From the IMG/VR virus record IMGVR_UViG_3300011587_000017, positions 1 to 64,000 of that record: DNA of 64,000 nucleotides; one strand, 5' to 3'. Under the pieces are notes generated by a model. The model searched no databases and had not been told where the DNA came from. It saw only the letters and a program-made list of their open reading frames with translations. Source of the DNA: an uncultured virus (IMG/VR IMGVR_UViG_3300011587_000017) (lineage: Duplodnaviria; Heunggongvirae; Uroviricota; Caudoviricetes). Below, one piece after another: positions 9,461-19,558 of this stretch (its first letter is position 1; the number at the start of each line of letters is the position of its first letter). A program made the position numbers and the translations under genes.

Positions 9461-10051
9461 TTAGTAGTCTGGGTACTTGAAGGATTTGAACAGCAAAGAA
9501 CCGACGAACTGAAAAAACTTGTCTCCGTTCGATCTGGCTTGCTGGTCGCGGTCGGTATATCGGCCATAAGCTGGACGGGATCGGTTGAAAAAAGCATTCT
9601 CAGCAGTCATCGATATTGACTGGATTGCACCTTCAGTTCCTTGCATTTCCGTTCGGCTGATACGCGGCGGCTGCATAAATCCCCACCAGATCGGCGCAGG
9701 ATTGCCGAGCGGCTGCCATTCGGTATCGAACAGTTGGATCAAGATAACCACGATGCGCTGATCAACCTCATCGTTGGCATCAAGTGCCATAGCGAGAAAG
9801 TTCAGTGTTACATCTGGCAAACCGCTCAATTGGAATGAAACGCTCTGTGCAGCAGTCGTAGATGACATTCCGATGCCATCGATCGAACCGTATCCATACA
9901 TAGGCTCATAGATATTACCACCAGCTAGCAGCTTGGTATTGCCGTTCCATACCCGCATTGTCTCAGACGCAAAGCGGAACTCGACAAGCATATCCAGCCT
10001 GACTTCACCCTTTGAGAACTCGGCGAGTTGAGCTGATGTGAAGAATGACAT
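9461..10051 (-). CDS. Minor tail (hub) protein
   Basis: RYTDRDQQ..GDKFFQFV C-terminal motif; position. Confidence 0.65.
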   Translation of the reverse strand: MSFFTSAQLAEFSKGEVRLDMLVEFRFASETMRVWNGNTKLLAGGNIYEPMYGYGSIDGIGMSSTTAAQSVSFQLSGLPDVTLNFLAMALDANDEVDQRIVVILIQLFDTEWQPLGNPAPIWWGFMQPPRISRTEMQGTEGAIQSISMTAENAFFNRSRPAYGRYTDRDQQARSNGDKFFQFVGSLLFKSFKYPDY

Positions 10052-10731
10052 CACACATCCTCAATGAAGTTAACAGTTGGATACGACCACGGCGAAACAA
10101 GATCCAAGTCCAGATCCATCTCAGCGTCCGTTGCAAGGCGCATCCGACAGACAGGCCGGTCAAATTCCATCTCAGCCCCCGCAGAAACAGCTTCACGCGC
10201 TGGAGGCCTGAAAGTGATGGTTGCCGTGTTTGAACCTGTCATCTGGACGGTACGGATACGGTACATACGTTCACCAATGGAGAAGTCTTGGCCAGGCTGT
10301 AACTGTCCAGCTGCAATCAAAGAGATGTTAGCTGTCGTTCCACGCAAAGGGATATTACCGGTCAGACGGATATCTATTGCGCGCGATCGATACAGTCCGC
10401 CGTCACTGAATGGGCTCGTGTCAGAGTGAGGCACCTTTTCAAGTGCCTTGCCCCAATCTGGATCGAACGGCTGATAAGCGCAGCATCTCGGAACAAGAAT
10501 TGGATGCAGCCTACCCTCAAGCATAGTGGAAATGGCGCGGAAGGCTAAAACAGAAGCCGTCCCGCGCTTGATGATGATATCGGCAAATGTTGCCTTCCAG
10601 ATGCCAGCATCGGAAGCTGAAACCTGCGTCACGCCCGATACGCTCGACGGCCCCGCCAGAGTGCGAGGTGCAATGTTAAAAGGATCGCGCTTAGGCTTCA
10701 GAACCGAACGAGGCCAAAGAATAGTCGCCAT
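10051..10731 (-). CDS. Distal tail protein-like
   Basis: Immediately after TMP; PHSDTSPFSDG and FIED motifs. Confidence 0.6.
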   Translation of the reverse strand: MATILWPRSVLKPKRDPFNIAPRTLAGPSSVSGVTQVSASDAGIWKATFADIIIKRGTASVLAFRAISTMLEGRLHPILVPRCCAYQPFDPDWGKALEKVPHSDTSPFSDGGLYRSRAIDIRLTGNIPLRGTTANISLIAAGQLQPGQDFSIGERMYRIRTVQMTGSNTATITFRPPAREAVSAGAEMEFDRPVCRMRLATDAEMDLDLDLVSPWSYPTVNFIEDV

Positions 10732-13664
10732 TACATTTTTCTCGCTTGTGCATCGGCCATCATTGACGGCAGCGACTGCTGGACGGTTCGGGTGCTTTGT
10801 TGAACAGAAACCTGCACAATTGCACCAGACGCTGTCTGGATGCGCTGATCGGCAATCTGGGCCATTCGACCACTGTCATCGTGGAGCATCACGCGAATAG
10901 TCTCGGTTGGCCCTTGGCTACGCATGCCTTTGATGCCAGGCGCGGTTGGTGCGTTCGAAGTTGGCAATGGACCAACATATCCGCCATTCGCATAACCTTT
11001 GAGACCACGGCGCATGGCGTCGAGTGCGGCAGGACCACCAGCTGCGCGGACAGCATCTTGATCAAAGACATACTCGCCTTTGTGCACGACACCCGCTGGC
11101 TCATATTTGCCGCCAGAACCTGTGTAGCCGCCTTTATCGAATCCCAGCAATTTACCAAGCCCGCTGAATATCCCGCCGCCTCCGCCGCCGAAGATCCCAG
11201 CAAGCGGCCCTTTGCCCAGCAAGCTTGCCTGCAATACCGCTTCGATCAAAGTATTCAGGAATTTATCGAGGGCCGAATTGCCAGTTTCAATCGCCGGTAT
11301 CATCGACTGGAAAGCATCCATCATGCTTCCCTTGAAAAAATCAGCGGCTTCGCGTGCTTGATCCTGACTTTCTGCAAGCTTGTTTGCCTGCACGGTGGCG
11401 TTAGCGTATCCCTCGGCCAGTCCTTCAATCTGCTCTTTCAAAGCAGGAGTGATTTCAATCCCGGCTTTTTTGGCAGCATTCAGTAACTCTTGTGTGGCGC
11501 GGGCCTTAGTGATCGCATAGTCGTAATCATCAATCAGCGGATTGATGCCAGCCTGCGCCTCGGTTTCGGCCTGAATAGCAGCAGTACGCTCTTTGATCTG
11601 CTCGATCTCTCGCTTGAATTCATCGGGTCGGTCTTTTTTGGATCGCCCACCGCCACCCTTACGGCCTCTGCCACCGCCAGATGCTTTTTTCGCAGCGTCC
11701 TCTATTGCCTTGGCCTGTGCTTCGAGGCTCTTTTTTGTTTCAGCGAAGTCGCCGAAACGTTGGTTGAAGTTCACCTGAGATTGCCGAACACCCGCTTCTC
11801 TCGCTTCGCGTTCAGCATCGGTTTCCTTGCCGACGCGACCGCCCTTGCCGCCAATGGAGTTAAGGGCAACGCTCAGCGCATTGACCTCGCCGCGAGCAGC
11901 TGCGGCTTCTGATGCAATTTGCTGCATACGTGCAACAACGGATGTTACGTTCGGATCAATGCCAGACAGGCGATCAAGCTCCGAATTGAAATCCTCAACC
12001 GATATCTCGCCGTCTTTAAATCGGCTGACGAGATCACCCATCTCACCATACACCGACGATAGATAGGTACTCAGACCTGCAATGCCACGACCGGCAGAGT
12101 TGAAAGCCTCTTCCAGTGCCGCAATCGACTTCTCAACATTTGCAGTTGCATCATCAAGGCGGATTGCCTTCTGTGCCTCAGTCAAGCTGCTGGCTAGGGT
12201 GAACAGTTTCTGGGCAGTTTTTTCGATGCCAAGACCTGCAAAGTCGGTGTCGTCTCCAGCCTTTCTGATTGCTTCACCATAGCGATTGGCGCGCTCCTCG
12301 GCTTCCTGCGAGCGTGTCGATATCGCGTACATGATGCCGGTGAGCGCCAAGAGACCAACGCCCACGGGACCACCAAGAGCTGTCATTGCAGTAGAAAAGC
12401 CCCGAATTGCAGCAGCTGATGCAGTTGCTATCGGCCCCGTTGCCGAAACTTGCGCGTTGGCAGCACTCATTGCCATACGAGCAGCCAGCAACTCGCGGGT
12501 CACATTCCGCAGTGAGTTGGTGACAAGTCCGTTGGCCTGGACACCAGCCATAGCAGCTTCAGCGCTACGCAGACGGGCAGCGGCCATCGCCTGCTCTTCC
12601 AAAGCCGCAGCGCGCGCTGCGGCGGCGGCTGAAATAGTTGTTCTTGCATATCCACCTAGGCTTGTGGTTGCTGCACCGATCTGACGTGCACCGAAAACAG
12701 CAGCCATCGCCACACCAGAAGCAGCAACGGTATCCATATTCTTTGCAACGCCGCCAAGGATACCGGAAAGTGTTTCAGAAACCTTGCCCGCCTGATCCAG
12801 TGCACCAACGGATTTCAGCGCTGCATTCTGGATCTGCTGGAATGCGTCACCGATTGTTGCAGGCATGGCGCCAGCCTGATCGGCCAACTCTTCCATGCGC
12901 TTAGTCAGCGCGCTGTAAATAACCTGCGAAGTGATCTTGCCCTGTGCTCCCACGTCGCGCAGTGCATTAACGCCCACGCCAAGCTCAGCCGCAAGAACCT
13001 CGGCAACGCGTCCGCCTGTCTCGATGATGGTGTTGAGGCCATCGCCAGACAGCTTACCGGCTGCCATCGCCTTCGAAAGCGCGTTTGTAACACTGGTTGC
13101 GCGATCACCCTTAGCGCCCGAGACAACCAGAGCATTGTTCAACGCTTCTGTGTAATTGAGCTGCTGATTGGTATTGTAGCCAAGCTCTTTGAGAGCGGTG
13201 CTATTGGCGATGAAGCTTTCGGCAGTCTGCTGAAAACCTGAATAGGTATTCTGGGCCAGATCATACAGACGCTCCATAACAGCCGGAGCTTCTGCCATTT
13301 CACCAACAGCGATACCGACGCGGGCGGAAACATCAGACCATGTATCGGCCATCGTGACCAATTCTCGGGCTGCAAATATGCCCGCCAAGCCAGTCAACAT
13401 TCCTTTCATGGATGATGTCGACTGGCTGAGCTTTGCTTCTGCCGATGAGACGGCAGCAACAGAAGCTTCGAGGTCTTTCTTCAGGGCTTGACTGATGCCA
13501 CCGCGCGCAAAAACATCTTCTATGTTTTTGTTCATGTCACGGAAGCGCCGTTCAATCTGGGTGGATTGCTTTGCCGCCTGGTTGTATGAGCGGTTGAGCG
13601 CCTTTTCAAAAGCAGCAGTCCGCGCTTCCATCGCCACGACAAGGCGTTCAACGTCAGTTGCCAT
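10731..13664 (-). CDS. Tail tape measure protein
   Basis: 977 aa Ala-rich helical; tape_meas-type N-domain (ALSKAMAAGKLSGDGLNTI); C-terminal GGYTG..PAGVVHKGEYV. Confidence 0.92.
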   Translation of the reverse strand: MATDVERLVVAMEARTAAFEKALNRSYNQAAKQSTQIERRFRDMNKNIEDVFARGGISQALKKDLEASVAAVSSAEAKLSQSTSSMKGMLTGLAGIFAARELVTMADTWSDVSARVGIAVGEMAEAPAVMERLYDLAQNTYSGFQQTAESFIANSTALKELGYNTNQQLNYTEALNNALVVSGAKGDRATSVTNALSKAMAAGKLSGDGLNTIIETGGRVAEVLAAELGVGVNALRDVGAQGKITSQVIYSALTKRMEELADQAGAMPATIGDAFQQIQNAALKSVGALDQAGKVSETLSGILGGVAKNMDTVAASGVAMAAVFGARQIGAATTSLGGYARTTISAAAAARAAALEEQAMAAARLRSAEAAMAGVQANGLVTNSLRNVTRELLAARMAMSAANAQVSATGPIATASAAAIRGFSTAMTALGGPVGVGLLALTGIMYAISTRSQEAEERANRYGEAIRKAGDDTDFAGLGIEKTAQKLFTLASSLTEAQKAIRLDDATANVEKSIAALEEAFNSAGRGIAGLSTYLSSVYGEMGDLVSRFKDGEISVEDFNSELDRLSGIDPNVTSVVARMQQIASEAAAARGEVNALSVALNSIGGKGGRVGKETDAEREAREAGVRQSQVNFNQRFGDFAETKKSLEAQAKAIEDAAKKASGGGRGRKGGGGRSKKDRPDEFKREIEQIKERTAAIQAETEAQAGINPLIDDYDYAITKARATQELLNAAKKAGIEITPALKEQIEGLAEGYANATVQANKLAESQDQAREAADFFKGSMMDAFQSMIPAIETGNSALDKFLNTLIEAVLQASLLGKGPLAGIFGGGGGGIFSGLGKLLGFDKGGYTGSGGKYEPAGVVHKGEYVFDQDAVRAAGGPAALDAMRRGLKGYANGGYVGPLPTSNAPTAPGIKGMRSQGPTETIRVMLHDDSGRMAQIADQRIQTASGAIVQVSVQQSTRTVQQSLPSMMADAQARKM

Positions 13665-14208
13665 CAGAAACCCTCGATACCAAGTGCAGATAGTTGATCG
13701 TCGCTCATGCCCGGAGCGGCTTTCTCATCGGTCGCGTTAGCGGCCTTGAAACCCTCAGTGGCGCAACGGAACTCCCAAAGCGTCATCTTGCCGATGTCGC
13801 GATGAACTATTCCGGCCCATTGGTAGAAGCGGTTAAACTTCCACTTGCCGCGCGGGAGCGGGTTCGGGTCTTCGCCTTCACCCCCGCTTTCGGCTCCCCC
13901 GGCTGATCGTCTACATCTCCAAAGAGTGCGACCATCAACACAGCTTGTGCAGTCAGAACCGACAATGTGAGCGGACGATCTTCAACGAATTTTTGGACCA
14001 GCTTCCGAGCCGCTTCCTTTTCCATGCCACCGCCTTCAAGACCTAGACGGATGGGCTGGATCACGTCATCAATGAACCATTGTTTGGAAGTAAGCCGCAT
14101 TAGTATCCATTGCGGCCCTGCATCGCATTTGTCTTGCAGGGCGCGCAGATGCTCAAGGCGGAGTTCAAAATCATGCTCTCCGCCAGCCCAAGTGAGAACT
14201 TTCGCCAT
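13664..14208 (-). CDS. Frameshifted tail assembly chaperone (gpGT-like), -1 shift at CCG GGG GAG (13894-13902)
   Basis: -1 frame stays open to TGA at 13664-13666 overlapping the TMP ATG, encoding ...FYQWAGIVHRDIGKMTLWEFRCATEGF... Confidence 0.7.
13807..14208 (-). CDS. Tail assembly chaperone (gpG-like, GTA-gp10 type)
   Basis: Between tail tube and TMP; IRLGLEGGGM motif. Confidence 0.75.
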   Translation of the reverse strand: MAKVLTWAGGEHDFELRLEHLRALQDKCDAGPQWILMRLTSKQWFIDDVIQPIRLGLEGGGMEKEAARKLVQKFVEDRPLTLSVLTAQAVLMVALFGDVDDQPGEPKAGVKAKTRTRSRAASGSLTASTNGPE

Positions 14209-14660
14209 TACGCAGCCTTAGCTGTACGCGTTGGCAAGCCATCAAACTGGATTTCGATTTCAGCCGATACCTTCTGGCCTTTTTCGACCGCGTTGTTGAG
14301 GTTAACCAGAATGGCCGATCCAGTTTCATATTCGGTATCACCAATTTTCGCATTCACATGTTGAACACGAATTGTCTTCTTGCCGCCGGAATACCACCAA
14401 TCAAGCATCATTTGATGGCTCTGACCGGCCCAAACGCCAGTACCAGAAATTGTGACTTCCGAGGACTGAACAGCTCGTTCAACAACAGCTGGCAGGCTCT
14501 CATCTTCACAATCGGCAGGAACTTCGGTCGTCTGCATGTTATGCTGACGGTTGATACCGCGCTGTGTGATGCCGCAAATCTTCGAGAAAGTTCCCTCGAC
14601 ATCTGTTTCAATTTCAACAACCAGATGCTGAAATTCTGCGGTGGTTGGCTTAACGGCCAT
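14208..14660 (-). CDS. Major tail tube protein
   Basis: FSKICGI..TTEVPADC motif; position. Confidence 0.8.
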   Translation of the reverse strand: MAVKPTTAEFQHLVVEIETDVEGTFSKICGITQRGINRQHNMQTTEVPADCEDESLPAVVERAVQSSEVTISGTGVWAGQSHQMMLDWWYSGGKKTIRVQHVNAKIGDTEYETGSAILVNLNNAVEKGQKVSAEIEIQFDGLPTRTAKAA

Positions 14661-14737
14661 GATATGCCTCCATTCGAAAACGGGCCAGCAAAATGCCAGC
14701 CTTGATAGGGCTTGTGGCCCGGTTTCAGGTGATTGGG

Positions 14738-14941
14738 CTATTCTGCCCGTTTACGGCCTTTCAAGGCGCGTTTCTCATCGCGTGACGGGCTTGCGACCGC
14801 TTCGGCCCAGCCTTTCGATACGCAGTAATCAATGAAATCTTGTGGGCGTTCTTGCGGCTCCGGCGAAGCTTTAGCATTGAAGGAATAGCGGCTACTAGGA
14901 CGCGACCAGTTGCTCTCAACTTTAAAAATTGCCCAAGCCAT
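14738..14941 (-). CDS. Hypothetical phage protein
   Basis: 67-aa ORF coupled to the upstream gene. Confidence 0.55.
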   Translation of the reverse strand: MAWAIFKVESNWSRPSSRYSFNAKASPEPQERPQDFIDYCVSKGWAEAVASPSRDEKRALKGRKRAE

Positions 14942-15357
14942 CAGTTCACCTCGACCATAATTTCAACTTGAATTATTCCGTGCGTCGTCAATCCGTCTGG
15001 ATCTCGGACGATTTGTGAAATTGGTATGTTCACTCCAACCACAGCGTTTTCATCCAACTCTGGTTGTGAGCGGTTCAATGACTTACGGATGCCATCAACA
15101 ATATTCTTGCACTCACCCTGCCCGACCGCTCGCGACCACACATCAAGCTGAATGGTGTGGGTTTCGCCATCAACACAATCAGCGTAATCGTCAATCATAT
15201 TGACAGGACCGAATGACACATAAGGAAATTGCGCAGTAACCTGCCCGTTTGTGCTAGGCACTCGGTCATAAACGCGACCACCAGCAAGGTTCGTTACCTC
15301 GGGAACGGTTCGTAGCGCGGCATAAAGATATCGCTGAAGCTCTTCGGAAATGTTCAC
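14941..15357 (-). CDS. Tail terminator (DUF3168-like)
   Basis: GRVYDRVP..FPYVSFG, LDVWSR, RDPDGLTTHG motifs. Confidence 0.85.
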   Translation of the reverse strand: MNISEELQRYLYAALRTVPEVTNLAGGRVYDRVPSTNGQVTAQFPYVSFGPVNMIDDYADCVDGETHTIQLDVWSRAVGQGECKNIVDGIRKSLNRSQPELDENAVVGVNIPISQIVRDPDGLTTHGIIQVEIMVEVN

Positions 15358-15788
15358 TTTGCAGCATCCCTCACGGCTTTTCGCATTTGTCTTGTCACGC
15401 GGCTCCCAACCCGCTTCCGCAATGTTCTCCACGATGGAAAGAAGTAGGGGTGAGCTTGCATGTGCTGGGTTCCAAACTCTTGCAGTCTGGCAAGCTGAAA
15501 CTGCTCGCGCACACCGACCATAGTGGATTGGTCGCCTGCGTAGATTGTGATCACCAATCCGTCACGGGTTGGTGCTGACTTACCCAGCACCATTGCGCCC
15601 TTCGGCGCATCTCCCCAAGTCCAGTTGATGGACTGAGCAAGCTTGCCGCTGTCTTTGGGAGCAAGTCTTCGCATCATGCCAACAACATCGTTAGCGCCCT
15701 GCTCCATAGCCTTGATCGTAACGTCGAAAACAGATTGGGGAATTATCTTGGTTAACTTCCGCTTCAGGCGATCCAGACCCTCAACCAT
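15354..15788 (-). CDS. HK97 gp10-like tail completion protein
   Basis: APKDSGKLAQSI and EFGT..M.AHPYFFPS motifs. Confidence 0.85.
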   Translation of the reverse strand: MVEGLDRLKRKLTKIIPQSVFDVTIKAMEQGANDVVGMMRRLAPKDSGKLAQSINWTWGDAPKGAMVLGKSAPTRDGLVITIYAGDQSTMVGVREQFQLARLQEFGTQHMQAHPYFFPSWRTLRKRVGSRVTRQMRKAVRDAAK

Positions 15789-15792
15789 GACA

Positions 15793-16143
15793 TCACCCCG
15801 TAGCAACGCCGCTTTCGCATGTAAGCGAAATAAACTGGCGGTTGGTTTCCCACTCGATATCGCGAATGTTGAAAGCGATGTTTCTACGAGTGTCACGAAC
15901 CCGGAAATCTGTGGTTATCAGCCTTGTATTGCTGGAAATACGAACCCGGATAACCTGTGTGTGCTTCCCCTGAAGGCGACCGGCCATAACGGCTTCAGAC
16001 CCGCGGAGATGGATAAACTCGGCGCGTGTCTGGAACTGCTCTTGCCAGCCAGAAACCGTGTTGCCCATGCCATCGACAACATCTTCACGCTTATCGAGAG
16101 CGACTTTCGAATGAAGTGATCCAGCGGAGTTTTTGTCAGCCAT
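15793..16143 (-). CDS. Head closure / head-tail adaptor
   Basis: AGSL...DGMGN...W motif; position. Confidence 0.8.
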   Translation of the reverse strand: MADKNSAGSLHSKVALDKREDVVDGMGNTVSGWQEQFQTRAEFIHLRGSEAVMAGRLQGKHTQVIRVRISSNTRLITTDFRVRDTRRNIAFNIRDIEWETNRQFISLTCESGVATG

Positions 16144-16150
16144 GATCACC

Positions 16151-16759
16151 TCACCGATATATGCGATAAGGCTGCAATAGCGCTTCGACCGAGAATGGCA
16201 TTTTATTGACAGCCCCTTCAGTCGTCGCAGCTTCGCGAACAGCGTACCATTGAGCCACCAACATCATGATCGCAGTTCGTATGGCCTGCGGAACATCAGA
16301 CACCAGCTTCGAAGGATCAGCCGGATCCGGCTTCTGCCAGCCGACCTTATAACGGATATGCACGGAGTCTGCCGTGCCTTCCGCTGAAGGCCAACCGTCA
16401 TGCAATGGCCGAACGCCACCTAATGTTACCTCATACCCATCGGAGGGCATAACAACCGAAACGCCGCCTGAATCGCGATAGGTGATTGAGATAACTTCGA
16501 GGACCGGCGGATATGGCAACGGAATGACGTCACGCTGACAGGGTAGCGAATAGAAATCAGCGACGCGGAGTTCCAATGTCTGAACCCCAAGCGCGCAGCC
16601 AAGCCAGCCTGTCGGGCCATCAATCCACGATGTGGCGGCGAGCAGAAGCGACTTGATGAGTTCGTCATCATCATTAAAATCGACAATCAGATGACGCTTT
16701 GCCTCCTCAAGCGTAACGATGGGCTGGGGAGGCTCTATAACGCGGACTTGGCTATCCAT
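16151..16759 (-). CDS. Head-tail connector (HK97 gp6-like)
   Basis: VTLEEAKRHL..DDDELI; VPQAIRTAIMMLVAQWY..RE; LLQPYR. Confidence 0.88.
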   Translation of the reverse strand: MDSQVRVIEPPQPIVTLEEAKRHLIVDFNDDDELIKSLLLAATSWIDGPTGWLGCALGVQTLELRVADFYSLPCQRDVIPLPYPPVLEVISITYRDSGGVSVVMPSDGYEVTLGGVRPLHDGWPSAEGTADSVHIRYKVGWQKPDPADPSKLVSDVPQAIRTAIMMLVAQWYAVREAATTEGAVNKMPFSVEALLQPYRIYR

Positions 16760-16771
16760 TACACCTGACCG

Positions 16772-17305
16772 TTATTTTTCCGACTTGCCCTTGGACTTGT
16801 CGTTTTCTGTCGTTTCCGATTGCGATGCAGACTTCTGAAGATCGTCTATTGCAGCCTTCAGACCGGCAATTTCATCAGCAGCCGCAGTAAGCTGCCCTTC
16901 GGTTTCAGACTTGTATGCGGTAAATTCCGCTTTGGCCTCGTCGGTTGCTTTGTTGGCATCCGCGAGCTCCGCCTCAGCCTCGACTTTGAAATCTGCCAGT
17001 TCTTTAACTGCCGTTTCAGTTTCAGCCTTCGATACAGTCAGGGCTTGTTCCGCGGCTTCAATTTCCGCAAGCAAAGTGTCGATATCGGCAGTATCGCCTT
17101 TCGGAGCCGCCGCAATTTTCTTGGCATCGAGAATGCCGAGTTCTTTGCGGTTTTCTGCATCCTTGATGTCCTGCGCCGAAGCTTCGGAGTAAGCGCCATT
17201 CTTGATCAGCTTTTCAGCTAGCTTCTTATCCACATCCTTTAGGATCTGGCCTTTGCGGACGCGACCAAAGTCGCCAAAACTTCCACGTGTTGCTTTGAGG
17301 TGCAT
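16772..17305 (-). CDS. Hypothetical post-capsid protein (acidic coiled coil)
   Basis: ORF with RBS directly after the capsid gene. Confidence 0.6.
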   Translation of the reverse strand: MHLKATRGSFGDFGRVRKGQILKDVDKKLAEKLIKNGAYSEASAQDIKDAENRKELGILDAKKIAAAPKGDTADIDTLLAEIEAAEQALTVSKAETETAVKELADFKVEAEAELADANKATDEAKAEFTAYKSETEGQLTAAADEIAGLKAAIDDLQKSASQSETTENDKSKGKSEK

Positions 17306-17373
17306 TGTTCGTCTCCTTTGGTTCATAGAGCGGGCGGCAAAACCGCCCGCCTTGATGAGCCAAAAGCCAATGA

Positions 17374-18696
17374 TTATGGCTGAAGTGCAGTAGCAAAATC
17401 GCCAGTGACCAGTGCTGCACGGCGCTTGACTGCGAGAGCCAGGCGGCGTTCTGCACGAACTGTCAGCATGTTCTTGATGAAGTTGTCGCGATCTTCAGAC
17501 GAGATCAGGACTTCCGTTTCCATGCGATCCCAAATCTTTGCAGCCATCCGGAACGCACCAACAAGGAACTCATCCAGATCCATCGCCTGAGTGGAGATAA
17601 CCGGACGTCCCCAGAGCTGCGGACCGGCAAGCTGGATCACGTTGGCAAAAATGTAGCGGTTCTCACCGTCCTTGGTCAGTTCGATATCTGCCCAGTCGGT
17701 AGGGTTGAGAACGATTCCGTCAGCTGGATATTCAGCAAGCGAAGCCTGAAGGATTGCCAAACGAAGAATATCAATCTTTGTCGGATTGACCACCGTAACA
17801 CCGGGATTTGCATATGGTGTCGCCTGCGGAACAAGGCCGTGGATATGCTGCCCCGTGCCGTCGCCTTTGAGGATTTCAGCCTCTTCCACAAAGTCGAGAC
17901 CGTAACGCAGCTCACCGTCGATTTCGCTCTGAAGCTGCGGAATATCATCCATGGCCTGACGCGAGACCGGCACCCAGTGGGCGATGGTGCGGACAGGAGC
18001 GTCGTCCATTTCCCAAATGTAATTGGATTCCGGTTTCTGCGCAGTTTCAGCGACGACACTCGCTTTGTTATCGCGAGTGACCAGACGCGCATACTCGATA
18101 GAGTTGCTCGTGGTTTCGCCAACAGAGAGAAGCTGACGGATTGTCATCTGACGGCGAGGAATGCCGACAATTTCTGTGTCCCGTTGTGGCGTGATCAATG
18201 CGCCACCGGAACCGGTTGCCGAAGTGATGGCATTCTGGATGACGATACGAACAGCACCCTTTGCGCCACTCTTACTGACGAAGTTCTTCAGATCTTCGGA
18301 TTCACCGACCATCTGGCCCAGAGACTTCACCGCCTGATCATTGCCGCCACCGCGACGAGACGCAACACGCTGCTCAATGTCGGTGGATTTGGTTTCGAGC
18401 GCTTCAAGACGCTCAGTGAGTTTATCCTGAGCAGCAGAAAGCTTGCCCTGCGCCATCAGAAGTTCATCGGCCTTCTGCTTAACTTCAGCAGTCAAACCGC
18501 CCGATTCTTTGGCCTGCTTTAGAGCATCCTCAGCGGTCTGCTTGACATCGCTACCAACGCGAGCAAGTTCGCTCTTAACTTCGCCCAGCAACTTTTCGAT
18601 GTTCTGTGCGTCATTACGAACGGAACCGACGATACCAGCAGGACGTGCGGCCATGAGTGCCGCCAGTGCTACTGACGGCATGAAAAACTTGGACAT
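17374..18696 (-). CDS. Major capsid protein, HK97 family
   Basis: Coiled-coil delta domain; VRTIAHW, EILKGDGTG, FIKNMLTVRAERR motifs. Confidence 0.95.
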   Translation of the reverse strand: MSKFFMPSVALAALMAARPAGIVGSVRNDAQNIEKLLGEVKSELARVGSDVKQTAEDALKQAKESGGLTAEVKQKADELLMAQGKLSAAQDKLTERLEALETKSTDIEQRVASRRGGGNDQAVKSLGQMVGESEDLKNFVSKSGAKGAVRIVIQNAITSATGSGGALITPQRDTEIVGIPRRQMTIRQLLSVGETTSNSIEYARLVTRDNKASVVAETAQKPESNYIWEMDDAPVRTIAHWVPVSRQAMDDIPQLQSEIDGELRYGLDFVEEAEILKGDGTGQHIHGLVPQATPYANPGVTVVNPTKIDILRLAILQASLAEYPADGIVLNPTDWADIELTKDGENRYIFANVIQLAGPQLWGRPVISTQAMDLDEFLVGAFRMAAKIWDRMETEVLISSEDRDNFIKNMLTVRAERRLALAVKRRAALVTGDFATALQP

Positions 18697-18715
18697 GATT
18701 GCCTCCTTGGCTGTC

Positions 18716-19558
18716 CTAGATAGATTTTATGGATGCGAGGAGGTCTGAGACCTCAGCTAATACGGCAGCGTCCTGCATGCCGGTTACGGTAGCGCCGGGC
18801 ATACCGCCTTTCAGCGCCTGAAGCAGTTCGCGCCGCTCGGATCGCGGTACGTTCGCTCTGGCGAGAAGAGTGTCGAACTTGTGAGCCGCAGCTTGCTGTC
18901 GGCTCGCAATCGAATTGTTGGCCTTGCTCTCAATCTCATCAGCAGAGAGCAGGCTGTCTGCAAAACCTTTATCGACAGCGTCAGCGCCACCAATCCAAGT
19001 TTCACGGTCAAGCATCCGGCCGATCTCTTTCTCATCGAGACCAGTGCGAGCGGCATAAATATCGGTGGCAGTCACGTCGAACGGCTCAAGCCAGTCAGCG
19101 ACATCCCGAAGTGCATGACGGTCGCCAACCGCCACAACCCACGTATTGTGGATCATGATGAAACCCGCACGCGCGATCTGCACTTCATCTGCGGCCATTG
19201 CGATAACGGATGCTGCAGAAGCCGCAATGCCGACGATCTTGACTGTCACCTTCGCAGGATGTTCGCGAAGGAGGTTGTAGATCGCCAGCCCTTCGAAATA
19301 ATCGCCACCCGGCGAATTGATTGAGACGACAACGTCTTTCTTGCCAATATTGCGCAAAGCCGCAGAAATGCGCTTGGCGGTAACGCCATCCCCAAACCAG
19401 TCCTCTCCAATTGGATCGAGAATGGAAATGGTATTGTCTGCATCATCAGCTGCCGACTTGACCGAACTATTCCAACGGTCAAGTGCAGCTGGCGCAAGTT
19501 CCGACCGCAAACCCGGACGGACATTGACCTTTGCGGAGGGAAGATCACGCATCGTCAT
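18716..19558 (-). CDS. ClpP-like head maturation protease
   Basis: INSPGGD, GIAASAASVIAMA, IMIHN, ETW motifs. Confidence 0.93.
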   Translation of the reverse strand: MTMRDLPSAKVNVRPGLRSELAPAALDRWNSSVKSAADDADNTISILDPIGEDWFGDGVTAKRISAALRNIGKKDVVVSINSPGGDYFEGLAIYNLLREHPAKVTVKIVGIAASAASVIAMAADEVQIARAGFIMIHNTWVVAVGDRHALRDVADWLEPFDVTATDIYAARTGLDEKEIGRMLDRETWIGGADAVDKGFADSLLSADEIESKANNSIASRQQAAAHKFDTLLARANVPRSERRELLQALKGGMPGATVTGMQDAAVLAEVSDLLASIKSI

